Position numbers and translations under genes: made by a program
From: Rhizophagus irregularis
Taxonomy: Eukaryota
Reading direction: 5' to 3'
NCBI RefSeq assembly: GCF_026210795.1
Contig: NC_089432.1
Location: forward strand, 5,704,001-5,768,000
Length of the DNA stretch: 64,000 nucleotides
Shown here: piece by piece, positions 12,401 to 25,161 of the stretch
How positions within the stretch are numbered: position 1 is the stretch's first letter
Layout of the letters: each line of letters begins with the position of its first letter
The notes under the pieces: model-generated
Told to the model about the DNA's origin: nothing
What the model saw: the letters and a program-made list of their open reading frames with translations, nothing else
Database searches by the model: none

Positions 12401-14788
12401 TTTAAAAGAGCTGAAGATTTTAGAATAAAAGGATCTCGTGCTTCATGATTCAAAATAGTAAGTAAGGGATCCAAATAAATAACCTAAAGAAGAGGGGAAA
12501 TAATTTCTTCTTGATCGATACCAATACGTACTTGATAAGCAGCTGTATCGCCATGACAAGTAATTATCTTATTATTTCGTCATGTAAAAAGATTCAAAAT
12601 AAATCGCACTAAAAGTGCAGGGATATGTAATCTATCTAAAGCTAATTTAAGCATATTTAAATCCATAGAATCAAAAGCTTTAAAGATATCTTGAGAAACG
12701 ATCCATAGTTCCTGATCATCAGTAGAGTCATGTTTTTGTTGATGGATAATCGCATCAAGCATTTTGATAGGGACATCAGTAGAGCCACCAGGTAAACCAG
12801 CAAAGTTACCTCCTTGGAGAATTTTATTATCAGCAAGGATGTTGGAGAGACGGTTTGTGACGACCTTAACTACACATTTTCGAACTGTTTCCAGAAGAGT
12901 AATAGGTCGAGTGTTCTTAAGTTGAGCATCAAAATCGTGAGGTTTAGGAATAGGATAAACCAGCTTCACGCCAGTCAGCAGGAATATCACCGCGAGAGAG
13001 GCAGGTATTGGCAAGTAGAAGAGAGAAATCCAAGGCTTCACCGGACAGATGTTTTATCATCTCGTAAGAAATTTTTGAAGGGCCGGAAGCTTTGTTATTT
13101 GGCATAGAGGAAATTACGTCAGACCATTCTTGTAGGGAAATAGGAGCAAGAACAGGGTCATATAAGGAGGCAGACACATCAGAAAGAGGGATGTAAGCTC
13201 GTTGCCAACGAATAGGAAATGAAGCGATAGAAGAGTAATGGACCAACGGAGAAGAAACAATTGATTGGAAATGAGTTATAGCAGCTTGCTTGATATCCGA
13301 AGGATCCGTTAACAAAGTAGGAGTAGAGTCCAGGATGACCAAGACGCGGTCAAGAACAATTGAACGTTTTTCAACTGATAAGGCAGAGTCTATAAAGGTG
13401 CCAAGTGAGGTCGAAAAGTGTTCGTCACGTAATGCGGTGTAGTATTCTACAGAGTTCGTAAGATGTTTGGCGAATTTAGTAGATAAAAAGGCAGAAACTA
13501 AATTCTTTTGTGATCGTAAAAACGATTCAAATCCAGATACAGGAGTTATAGAATAAGTAGGAACTGAATAATCAGGAAGCAAGGATGCAAGATTCTCTAG
13601 ATAGGAGGGTAAAGCAGCAGTCATTTGTGAAAGTTGAGTAGGCTGATTAGGACGACGAGTCGTAAGGCGATATAAAAATCAATCTAAAAACTTGTTAATG
13701 GCAATAAGTTTAGTTAATTCAGAAGAGTACGAATGTCGGTGCATATTGGAGACTTTTTGAAAGGGTAATGTTTCAATTGCAGCACTAAGTATGGCAGCTT
13801 TCAATACATGCCACATACGATCAAGAGAAAGAGAGGAGAAATCAATATTAGGATGATATTGTTTGTCTAAATATACTTCAAGAGAATCATCAACTTCAGT
13901 GGTAAAATTATTCCATTGTTTAACTGAAGTGGAAGCATAAGAGAAAATAGTACGCATTTCCTTTTTTTGTTTAAGACGAAATTTAGCCAAGATAGCCAGG
14001 CAAGAACTGAAGTCAAAAACAGTTGTGAGAACTTTGTGATCTGTAAAAGGACGATCAAGGAGATTGGGGCAAGTAATCACTTGCGAAAAAAGACCAGGGG
14101 CAGGAAAACCAGGTGAAGACCAGATATAATCCAGTCTAGAAGATCCATTATCATGAAAAAAGGTGGGATCGGGACCATCTGTAGAGGAGTGAACTTGATG
14201 ATCGGTAAAAAACTGAGAAGAAAGCAAGCGAAGAAGCTTAAAGTGATTAGATGAATAATGGGAATGAGCGACTTCATCAATATTAAAGTCGCCAAGAATA
14301 ATTACAAAATAATTATTAGTTCTGGCATAATCCAGCCAAGAAAGGAGTTTAGCAATACGATCATTACAAATAGATTGATGAATAGAACCAGAAGGAGGAT
14401 AATATATAGAAATAATAGAAATTTTAGTTTGATGAAAAAACAAATCTAATTTAAGAAGTTGACCTTTCCAAGGGTCAATTATTTGAACATGCTTATGAAG
14501 AGGATTACGTAGCAAAATACCAACACCATCATGAGGACAAGAGGAAGATGAACAGGCCCAATAGGACCTGAAGTGATGTTGGGAGTGTTCATTTTTAAAA
14601 ATAAATTTAGCATTCGAAGGGGAAAGGCGAGTATCATTAACAGATAAAGTACCGAAAGAAGAGTGGAGAAAAAAATTAAGCAAATGTTGTTGTCTAACTG
14701 GGGAACATAAACCATTAACATTAATTTGACCAAATTTAATAAGGGGAGAAGGGTGGGGAGAAAAATTATGTTTCTTATTGTCCATCAT
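9476..14788 (-). pseudogene. LINE ORF2: AP endonuclease, reverse transcriptase, RNase H and C-terminal zinc knuckle; frameshifted
   Basis: APE motifs INVNGL, ILGDFN, SRLDYIW, TDH; RT motifs NKASGPSKISYE, TRPITLLE, SQDIFKAFDS; RNase H motifs LYTDGS, RSEIYA, IYTDC, KVPAHG; knuckle CPQC...HLWTC. Split across several ORFs. Confidence 0.92.
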
Positions 14789-14838
14789 TATTATACACTG
14801 ATAAAACGGTAATAAAAAAGGGGAAAGAAAGAGAATAA

Positions 14839-17393
14839 TTAATGATTAGCTTGGCCGTTTTGGCGAGCTAAGATGAGGTTGTTTTGTTGGATTCCTTCTT
14901 TAATCGAGCCAGCCAAAGAGGCAACAGTATCAGAAAAAGAGGAGAGACGCTGTTCCATATCAATAGGAGAGGAAGAAGCGACGTTGGAAGGTGGAATAGA
15001 AGCAAATTGAGGAATCGGAGTAGATCCATATGTTGATTGTAGAGGAGGAGAATTGATATCAACAAGAATATTACTGTTAGTAGGATTCACTGAATCATCC
15101 CATCCTTGCATAGAGGAAGGGATGTAGGAGGGTGGTTTTGTGACAAAAGGTCCTGGAACAGGAGCACGAGCAGCCATAACAGATTCCAATTTGGTGATGT
15201 GGCTGTTCATGGTAGCAAATTGTGTGGTAAGGAGGGCTAATTCTTCAACTACTTTTTCAAGAGCTGCACCAATAGATTTCCAATCGGTAAGCACGGTAGG
15301 AGGGGCAGGATATGTAACATCCATGCCATCAGCATAGTGATCAAGTTCATTTGCATCAGGAATACGATGACGTTGATTGTTATTGTTATTATTGAGATTG
15401 TCGCGATTCCATGATCGACGTTGAGAGCGAAAACGAGATTGCTGTTGATTATTAGGTCTGGAATTAGAACGATGGCGAGAGACACTAGTATGGCGATGTC
15501 CATCATTATTATTATCAGGGCGGGCAAAACGATTATGTCGTTTAGCAGGGTGAGAAGGAGGTAAATGTTTATTATATAAAGCACGTAATTTATCATTAGA
15601 TTGCCAAGGGCGAGAAGGGCGATTAAGTCTAGATGAAGAACCACATCGATCAGGGTTACAATTAGGGTGACCACATCGATGACAGAGAGAAGTGACTTTA
15701 TCTGAAGAATGCCAGGTAAGGCCAACTTTCTTAAGGGCACATGAAATGGATTTAGCATTTTCCATAGCCGTTTCAGAGGCAAAATGGCAATAGGCGTAAG
15801 GTTTGGGATTATAAGAATTCATAAAGAAGGGAACATTGATAGATTTAGCGGAAATTTCATCAGCAATTTCAGCAAGATCGACCGCTATAGTACCATGCGG
15901 AAGACCAGCAAGTAAAGCAATGTAAGCACGTCTTTCAGCGCATTGGTCAGGTGAGAAAGTAGCGGAGCAGATGCGTAAGCAATGTTCACCACAAAGGACG
16001 TCCCAGGTAGAGTCAAGGTTATGTAATGCACCAGGAGATTCAAAGGTAATGTATGCAGTACGATAAAGTTTAGATAAACAGGTATGGCAGCGAGTAATAT
16101 TGCCATAACGAGAGAAGGTATTACGCAAAAGTGCGTCAGTTATAAAAAGGGGGATATCTGTAACCACCAGGGTACGCGCGTGTTCATCTGCCTTAATAGC
16201 CTGGGGTCATATACATGAAAATGCAAGCTGAACAAAGAATCCATAGGGGAAGCTGTGGCTTTGTCAAGATCTTCCTTCTTTCAGAAATGGACGATGATCC
16301 TCTTCAAATCGTTGGATCTACTACACGTGGCACGACTACCATAAGAGGAGAACAAGGAAAGTTGTCAATCAACCGCGTTGCACGTGTCGCAGTTCGAAGC
16401 GAAGTGAGTCCAAAAGCCTTCAATGTCATTAGGAGCGGCCGAGGCGTAAAAAAGTGTAGGTTGGGATTGTACTGCAGCTTGGGACGCGTCCAGGGAGGCA
16501 GCACGTTTAGGGAAAGAAACTACCACAGGTCGAAAAGTGAAAAATCAGGCACCAATCAGTCGCCAATCAGGTAGCTGATTGGTGACTGATTGGTAATCGA
16601 TTGGTCTTCGATTGGCATTTTCGCCAAATACCGTCGCAATCAGGCAGTTTGCTGCTTTTGATCCAGTGATCAGAAAAAGATGAAATATAGCTCATTGGAA
16701 TCGTCAACAAGACGAATCTAATGGTAGTAAAATCGCATCTCTAGGATTAATAGTTAATAAAAAATCAAATAAAATATAAATGATACATTTTTATTTTTAT
16801 ATTTTACTTAATTTTTCATCAAGTATTAATCCTAGAAATGCGATTTTACTACCATTAGATTCGTCTTGTTGAGACGATTCCAATGAGCTATATTTCATCT
16901 TTTTCTGATCACTGGATCAAAAGTTAGCAAACTGCCTGATTGGTGACGTATTTGGCAAAAATGCCATCAGGTATCAATCGGTCACCAATCAGGTACCTGA
17001 TTGGTGACCGATTGGTGACTGATTGATGCCTGATTTTTCACTTTTCGACCTGTGTACGGGAGTAATTTCTGGGCTTTTGCCTTTATCGTTGTTATTAGTA
17101 GGTGCGTGTTGAGAAGCGTCAAGAGAGGAGGTATTAGGTTGAGAAGGTATCTCAGCAGAAGTTGTTTCAACAGGGCCAGGAGGCGTGAGAGGTTTATCAA
17201 CATCCATGACAGAGTCGTCAGCACTGACTCTGGTACGTTTATTAGTAGAGGTGGTCAAAGGTGGAGTGCTCGAAGGGCCAGACATAGAAGAACCTTGACC
17301 AGAAACGTTGCCAGTTGGAGAGCTAGAGGCAGGACGTTTAGAAGTAGTATCATTGTTAGATATGTTATTTTTCTTTTTTTTATCTGTAGTCAT
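14839..17393 (-). pseudogene. LINE ORF1 (RRM-like plus Cys/His knuckle), interrupted by a MITE and stops
   Basis: Start MTTDKKKK at 17393. The frame resumes across the 16524-17054 insertion (EITPV|VSFPKR) with two TGA stops. RRM-like VTDIPLF...FSRYGNI...AYITF and CHRCGHPNC are present. Confidence 0.85.
16524..17054. mobile_element. Palindromic MITE with CACAGG...CCTGTG termini and 3-bp TSD (CMC/EnSpm-like)
   Basis: TIR CACAGGTCGAAAAGTGAAAAATCAGGCA, TSD TAC on both sides, subterminal CCAATC repeats and an internal inverted pair of GAGACGAATC modules. Confidence 0.9.
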
Positions 17394-18207
17394 TTTGTAG
17401 AGTGTCGTAGCTATCTAAAATAAAGAAAATATAAAGAAAAAGTAATAAAAAACTTCAAAAAAATTTTTTATTTTTTTCGTAAATATTGTCAAGTGAGCAG
17501 AACGGGAGAGAGTTAGTTTTATCCTTTTTTTAATCATCCGTTTTATCTTTTTCCGATCACTGGCTGACGAGTTATTCAACAAAATGTTGAACATCGGCAT
17601 TATAATATTTCTTGATTTACGTTTACTGCGCCATTTAACATTTTGCTAGATTTCTCAGTACCTAGTGATTGTAAAAGGACGATTTATAGCTCGTTGGAAT
17701 CGCCTTATCGAGATGAATCGAATGGTGGTAAGCTCATCTCCCTGTGATCAATATTGACGGAGTATTACTTAAAAACCATTTAATATTTTTTAATTTCAGA
17801 AATTGATCTAGTGATTGGATTTCGATCATTAGATTCATTTCATCAAGACAAATCGAATGGTAGTAAGATCGTCTTTCTAGGATCAATATTGACAGAGTTA
17901 TTATACAAAAACCATTAATATTTTTTTAATTTCAGAAATTAATCTAGTAATTGGATTTTGACATATTTTATACCATTAGAACCGTCTCATCAAGATGAAT
18001 CGAATGGCGGTAAGATCATCTCTCTATGATTGATATTGGCAAAGTTATGATATAATAAAGTTTTAAGTATAATTCTAACTAAAATTATGTTAATTTTTGG
18101 CCAGAATTATGATATACAAATATAAGAAATTTTTTATATAATCACATTTCTTTATAATCACCAAATATGGATTGTCCTAAATGTGTGACTATAAAGAGAG
18201 TTGACTG

Positions 18208-19925
18208 TAACTAAACAAATAGAACAAGAAATTGATATTAAAATTTATACAAATGGAGCCATGAAAAATTTATCAACTTCAGATATTAAAATGGGCAGTG
18301 TCTTTTTAATTGATTCACCACTTAATATAGAATTTAATTGTAGGATTGAAGATAATCCATTATCCAATAAAACAGAGTTAATTGTGATAGCTTTTGGTTT
18401 AATAGTATGTTCTAAAGCAGCAAATGTTATGATTTACACTAATTCTCAATGGGTTATTACTATACACAGGTTGAAAAGTGAAAAATTAGGCATCAATCAG
18501 TCACCAATCAGTCACCAATCAGGTATCTGATTGGTGACCGATTGGTGACTGATTGATGCCTGATTTTTCACTTTTCAACCTGTGATATTTGATAACTTGT
18601 ACACAATGTCAGTTTCAGAGATTGAAAAATTAAAAGTTAATTATAAGATTTTATGGTTGTAGTTGTTTAAGATGATCAGAATTTACCATTTTAACATAAA
18701 ATTAGTTAAGATTAAAGCGCATGGTAATAATGAAAATAATAAAAAAGTAAACAAATTAGCAAAATTAGGTATGAAAAAAGAAATTCTGATAATAGAAGAT
18801 ACTCTATTATTATATAATAGTACAATTTGTTGGCAGGATATGCTGGTAGAACGTAATTCTATATTAATGATAAAAGGAATTAAGGATGCTCAGTTTATAG
18901 ATGAGTTCTTAGGGTTAAATAGAAATGAAATATATAAGCAACCAGAATTATTGGAATTAATAGATTGGAAAATATCCTTAAAATTAAATTGTATAGATCA
19001 ACATAATACATTATTTGAGAACCATTTTTTACAATCATTTAGAATCAAAATCTGTTGTAATGAATTACCAACATGTGTAAATCTTAAAAAATGAAACTGA
19101 ACATTTATGATGAAAGTTGAAAATGTAATTTTTGTGGTATAAAAGAAGAAACGATTGAACATTTATGGAGATGTGATAAAATTCAAGAAGTCGTGCAGTA
19201 TATAATTAAAGGATTTAAATTATTTTTAGTGAATATAATTTTTGAAATTTCAAAAAAAGATTTAGATAGACATCAAATTGAAGGTAAAGTTGAAGCATTA
19301 GATATATGAGATCTTAATAGTTTATATGATTTTACATTTTTATTAAAAAATCAAGTGAGTCATCAATTGGTTGATTTATTGAAATTAATAAATATAATAA
19401 CAGATACAAAGGTGCTGAAAAAAATGTTAAAACTAATAATTAGTAAAATAATTTTAGATTTTAAGATATTGATTTGGGAATATAGGAATGAGTTACAAGT
19501 GAAAAAAAAGAAAAGATGTAATATTAATAGTAAAATGAAAAAAATGAAGTTGAAGTATAAGAAATGTGAGAATAATAACGTTTATGTAGTAAACTTTAAT
19601 GATGAGACTAATTGGAATAAATGGAATGATTTAGCATTCCATTGGGGTGGTCACTGGGTAAATTTTTAGGCAGATTTTGACAGTTACCTGAGAATTTGGG
19701 TTGTATCATCAGTTTTAATAGTAATATGATCATTTAGGTAACAGGTCAACTTTTTCTATAGAAAAGTAGTTTTGTTTCATAATGTCTAGTTTTTATATAT
19801 ATTTGTAATCTTATTTTAAGTTTATGTATGTAAGTAAGCGTAGTTATATTAAGACAAGATCGCATCTAAAATAAATGAATAAAAAAAAAATAATAAATAA
19901 AAATAATAATAAAAAGAAAAAAAAT
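18208..19925 (+). mobile_element. 5'-truncated decayed LINE fragment (RNase H, C-terminus, 3' UTR, A-rich tail)
   Basis: IYTNG, KTELI, IYTNSQ, KIKAHG, CNFCG...EHLWRC and terminal WGGHW parallel the other LINE. Multiple stops; A-rich tail at about 19870-19925. Confidence 0.85.
18465..18584. mobile_element. 120-bp minimal MITE of the same CACAGG family
   Basis: Near-perfect palindrome CACAGGTTGAAAAGTG...CACTTTTCAACCTGTG with TSD ATA. Removing it restores the RNase H reading frame. Confidence 0.9.
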
Positions 19926-20086
19926 TAAATTAATATATATTTGGTAATTTGCAAAATACATATTATAGAAAAATCTATTGTATTAAGTTTATTATATACA
20001 TTTTGCAGATTAATATTTAAAATTAAAGAGTAAAATAATTTTTATTATTATTATTGATTAAGTTTACATATAGATTAGGTAAAATA

Positions 20087-20252
20087 CAGTCAACTTTTTC
20101 TATAACAAAATTTGATATAATAAATTATATGATATAATTATATAAAGTTAATAGAATTTGTTAAAATACTCTTAATATAATAAACTAATCAATTAAAATT
20201 TTCAGATTCTTCATTATAAAATTATAATATTTATTATAGGAAAAGTTGACTG
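20087..20252. mobile_element. pogo-like MITE
   Basis: TA|CAGTCAACTTTTTCTATAA ... TTATAGGAAAAGTTGACTG|TA. Confidence 0.8.
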
Positions 20253-20303
20253 TATTTTTTTGAAAATAATAAATAATTTACTAATAATTTATATGACTAT
20301 ATA

Positions 20304-21258
20304 CAGTCCCCGGCGAAAAGAATGGTGGTGCGAATATCATTTGTTATTTTGGATATGAGATCGGAATTTTCCTATTTAAATTAAAACTTATAATACCCAA
20401 TGGGATTTTTAGAATACTATTTTAAAAAGCAATAAAAAAAATGGAAATTTTATTATTGTTTTTACGCCTATTTTACCTTCTAAAAAACAAAGAAATTATA
20501 AATTTAATAGAAATCAGAGAATAATAATTTGCCATGAATTTTTTTAAAATGCACAAAATCCTACATAATAATAAATTCCATTTTTTTTAAAAAAAAACTA
20601 CTTACTTTTAACTGCCAAATATTACAATTGCATTTTGTTATATTACATTACCACAGAGAAATACTACCGATAATTTTTACATTAAAATTTAATTTGATAT
20701 GAAAGTTTGAAATAAAAAGTTTAAACTTCATTTTCTCATCAACCAAAGCTTGTATTGAAACAAAATTACAATTATTAGATTCCTTGCAATTACGAAATTT
20801 AAATAATGCTCTTTTATTATATTATTGAGTTTTTATATTGCTTATGAAAAATGATTATCTTTATGCAACATAAAAATTCATCATACTCACTATTATACTT
20901 AAACTAGCACATTACACAGATGCCACACTGGAATTTTAAGACCACCATTCGAACCACATAGTCAAGAGGAATCCAATGGTGGTAATTTTGTCTCAATCTG
21001 ACCTCTGGATGGCAAGAAAGTTAAGAAAATATTAAAATATCATAATAAAAGAACGCTAGTTAAGAGTGCGAATAGTACACAATAATAAATTGAAGCATTT
21101 ATTGACACGGAAGATGATCATATCAAATATTAGTTAAATAATGAAATATATGTATTTTCTGTTTCTCTTTCAGAAAATAAAAAAAAAATTCACATTTTAC
21201 TATAAATTGCATTTATGATATCAAAAAAACTGACCGCCATTCTTTTCGCCAGGGTCTG
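20304..21258. mobile_element. Tc1/mariner-like non-autonomous element
   Basis: TIRs CAGTCCCCGGCGAAAAGAATGGTGGT and ACCGCCATTCTTTTCGCCAGGGTCTG with TA TSD. No ORF. Confidence 0.85.
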
Positions 21259-21589
21259 TAAATTTTACTTCAATAATATTCTATATAAATAAGTTTTTAA
21301 AAAAAATTTAATCAAATTTAATTTGATAATTATAAAATTTTATTTTTAATAAAAGTATATTTTTTTTAAAAAAAGATTTAATATATATAATTAATTTTTT
21401 TATAATTATTTTAAATATAATTATATTTTTTTTCTTATAAATATATTTATATGAGTTTAAAGTTAAAAATTAAAATATTATTATTTAGTTAAATTTTAAT
21501 TAAATTTTTTTTTATATGTAATAAATAGATAATTTATTATTATATAATATTTAAAATATATAGAAAATTTATATACATATGGAAGTTGA

Positions 21590-21963
21590 TCTAGAAAAAT
21601 CAAAGTAAAAGAATTTTTTGGTTAAAATTTAAAAATTGTATTTTAATTTAGTTATATCAAAAGGATAAATTGTAACTAAGACAAAAGAATTTTTTAAAAA
21701 ATTTCAAGAAACTGCTTATAACTTAAAATTTTGTCTATGAAACTGTCTTAAATACATTAAGTAAAAGTTTTCCAATTAAATTTTGCATATAAAAATTTTA
21801 TTTGTGAAACACATATTAAATTTATTATTAAAAAAAAATAAAAAAGGATGTTACAAATAAGATATGTAACAGGCTGTTACAAATACATTTTTTCATATCA
21901 AAAAGTATAATGCAATAAAAATCTCAATTTTGAAAAAAAATTCTCTAACTTGATCTTTCCTAT
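21590..21963. mobile_element. Degraded MITE-like inverted repeat
   Basis: TAGAAAAATCAAAGTAAAAGAATTTTT vs AAAAATTCTCTAACTTGATCTTTCCTA; imperfect. Confidence 0.35.
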
Positions 21964-23377
21964 ATATAGATTTGCATTACTTATTACTTAGTAAAAGCCA
22001 TATGGTCTTTAACAAAACTTTAATAAAAATTTAATATAATGATAATATTTCATACTTTCAAAAGGAATGTTTTATGTATACATAAAATTAATTTCTATAA
22101 AAAGTTACTGCTTCCAGTAAAAAAAAATAATACTTTACTTTTTTGCTATATGAAAAGAATAAGAAAATTTTTAATATTATATTATATATGCAATATATTT
22201 TTTAATAAAAAAATTTTAATAAAATTTACCTTTTATTATATATATTATATATTCTTTTTAAAACCCATTTACTTACAAATATACTTAATCTTTTTAAAAG
22301 AGTATGAAATAACTCAAAATATTCCTCCGACTGATAGTAGTCCTAAATTATTTTAGGCGGGCTGTCCTATTTTGGCAGAAAATCAGTGTAATACTTGTGT
22401 AATATAACGAATTGTGCTTCCTGTTCCTGGGAATTTTTTTGTAAATATTTAAACATTTTTTCTGCACTCAAATGTTTTTTATGCAATCAATCACATGGTA
22501 AATCTTTAATTATTTTTATTTATTTATTTATTTATTAAATTTTTCTTTTATTTTATTTTTATTAAACACTTTCAAAGCACTAAAAATATCTCTATACTTA
22601 TCAAATAATTTTTATAAAGAAATTTTCCTTTTTTTATAAAATTTATAATATTTTTTTTTTATTTTTATTGCTGAATAATTCGACATTTGCATAATTGATT
22701 ATCCTAAATGCCGCATAAATGCATAAAAACTAACTGTTAAGATTGAGATCATCTCTTCTTATCAGTTTAATGTATCATACATATATATAAGAAATCAGAG
22801 CGACATTGGATCAGGACCCACGCTAATTGAATCCCGATCCAGATTTTCAATTGATCAATAAATACAAATATTCCCACGTATTACATCAAACAAATAAACT
22901 TTTATTGATTTTTTTATATATTGATTATTCTATAAACTTTATTTTATATTTATTGCATAAAAAAAAAGACATGCCTTTTTTTTTATTTATATATTGTTAG
23001 TTAAAATAAATTTCGGTGAGAATCATCATTTTACTCCATATGGCAAAATAAAAAAATGTGTTTTCTTTTGCTTTTTTTCCGAAGATGGGAAAAACACCCC
23101 GGGACCTCATTATTCTAATTTAGTTTTAGTAAATGAACACTATATTTTGAATTAACGTTTTCTTTTTGATCAGCTGTTTACAAAAGAATAATGGGTTATA
23201 TAAATATATCCATCACAATGATATCACTTTACTTGAAATATTTGAAAACGTATAAATTCACACTGAATTCGTCTAGATTTCCAACTTTTTCTCATTTCAT
23301 TTTCCCCTTTTTTTTCCTTTTCTTTTTTTTTTTTAATATATTAATATATATATACCGAAACTTAATACATTGTCACT

Positions 23378-24850
23378 ATGCCACAACAAAAAAGAAAAGC
23401 CTCAACAATTGCTTCAGCCAAAATTGCCGAGGACGCCGGTAGTGGTAGAAAACGTAAATCCGATGCTAAAGAAGAACATCATAAGGAAACAGATAAGGGT
23501 AAAGGTGATGTAGAAACTGAACAAAATGTATCCGATGATAAAAAAGTTAATGAAGCTCCTGAAAATAAGCGTCGTAAGAAACAACCTGTTGCTCAAGATA
23601 TTCGTGAAGACAACGGTACTAATGGAAATGAGCCACCCAGTGAACATGATCAAATGTTAATTGATGAGTATGATAAACATAACGGTAAAAGCGAACAGGC
23701 CATTGACAAAGAAGTTAATAAAGTCCAGACCGAATTGAGAAAGGAATTAGAGAAGAATATGGCTCAGAATACTGTTGAGAAGGGTCACATTTGTTTCTTT
23801 TATAGACCAAAGGTAAAAAGAGCAAGATACTTTAAATCACGTGAACTTAGTATTCATGTGATATTTAACTCTTTTTTTTTAGGTTGGTACCGAAGAGGTA
23901 CATAACTCTGATGATGTTCAAAGAAGTTATATAGTACTTATACCATATATGGTGAGACCGTCGGTATCCGAAGAACCCGTGCTTAGCTGTTTTCAACAAG
24001 CCAATGATGATAAAAAACCTGAATCTGACAAGCCTATTCCTGGTAAAATTCGTATAATTACGATTGGCAAGAAAAAACTTCCTGAAATTAAGTTTCATGT
24101 AAGATCTTGGGCCTATGTGGTAAGTATTATACAGAATATTAAATTTATAAATATTATTATTTAAACAATTATAATAACTTTTTTTTTTACTTTAGGATAA
24201 AGCTTTTACTGATTTAGATGAAATAAAAGAATTCGTGAGCGGGAGAAAATACCAAACTAAAACTCGAGGCGAGAGATCACTTGGTTCGTGCAGATTATTG
24301 GGAAAGGGTGTGTATAACATCGTTGAACACAAAGGACATACACATTTAGCGTATGTTTTGGAATTTCCCGAGGAACCAACTGAGGTTCAAGATGATTTTA
24401 ACATTAAACGTGAAGGAAGCTATGTAATTAGTGTAAAGGTAATAAATCTCATTGTTTATTTTTATTTAAATATATAATTGTCAAGGTGAATCTAATATTT
24501 TATAAATATCTTTAAAGAATCCTGAAACTACAAGTCCACCAAAAACAGGACTTCCAGAATACGAAAAAGTGACTTATCCAGCTCATCTTAAAGAAAAATT
24601 TGCTGGTCGGCGATTCCTTTCTTTATCTACCACTGAATTTATGGATTACGATGGAGCCGAATTATTGCTTATTGGTGCAAAAGACGAAATTGCGGAAGAA
24701 TTGGGAGAAGCCGGTGAAGAACTTGAAGAATTATCAGATTTTGAAACTAAAAAAATCACACCTTTAACAGCTGAAGATGTTATCTTTAAAGAGTTAAATT
24801 TAGAAAGAGTTGTCTTGCCCTCTGAACCACTTCACGGTTTATGGAAATAA
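23378..24850 (+). CDS. Conserved hypothetical protein (4 exons)
   Basis: Charged N-terminus followed by EKGHICFFYRPKV, GKGVYNIVEHKGHTHLAYVLEFP, EGSYVISVKNP and DYDGAELLLIGA. GT-AG introns join the ORFs. Confidence 0.8.
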
Positions 24851-25161
24851 ATTTGAACTTAGCTATGTTACTAATTTGCTGATATCACATTTGATCGCGT
24901 TATTGATTTTGATGTTAATATACAGTTTATATTAAAAAGTAAATAAAATCAATTCTTTGTAACTTTAAAATTGTGATAAAGTTGGTCTGTGCGATGTCTG
25001 AGTTATAAGAATGTAAAGCCAAAAATGTTAAAGCGCGGTTTTAACAGCAGGATTTTTTTACGCTATATTTATTTTGGCGTCTTTGTAATACGATAAAAAC
25101 TGAAAGAAGTTCAATTGATTTAGTTGATTTTTATTCTAGTTACTTTCTCGTTTCTTTAAAA

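Larger units (their letters stand above)
9161..17512 (-). mobile_element. Full-length decayed non-LTR retrotransposon (LINE) with RNase H
   Basis: ORF1 followed by ORF2 on the minus strand. TAGTTTTATCCTTTT is duplicated at 9144-9158 and 17514-17528 (TSD-like). Confidence 0.92.
8866..18206. mobile_element. pogo/Tc1-like TIR pair enclosing nested insertions
   Basis: Left end TA|CAGTCAACTCCCTCTATAGTCAC and right end GTGACTATAAAGAGAGTTGACTG|TA. 8492-8864 is also tandemly duplicated at 8865-9160 plus 17540-17626. Confidence 0.55.

Noticed and set aside
16215..17423. Plus-strand ORFs overlapping LINE ORF1
   Set aside because: Antisense shadows of the GC-richer ORF1, and read-through into the MITE.
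22039..22356. 105-aa ORF
   Set aside because: Low-complexity I/K/F/Y composition expected from AT-rich non-coding DNA.
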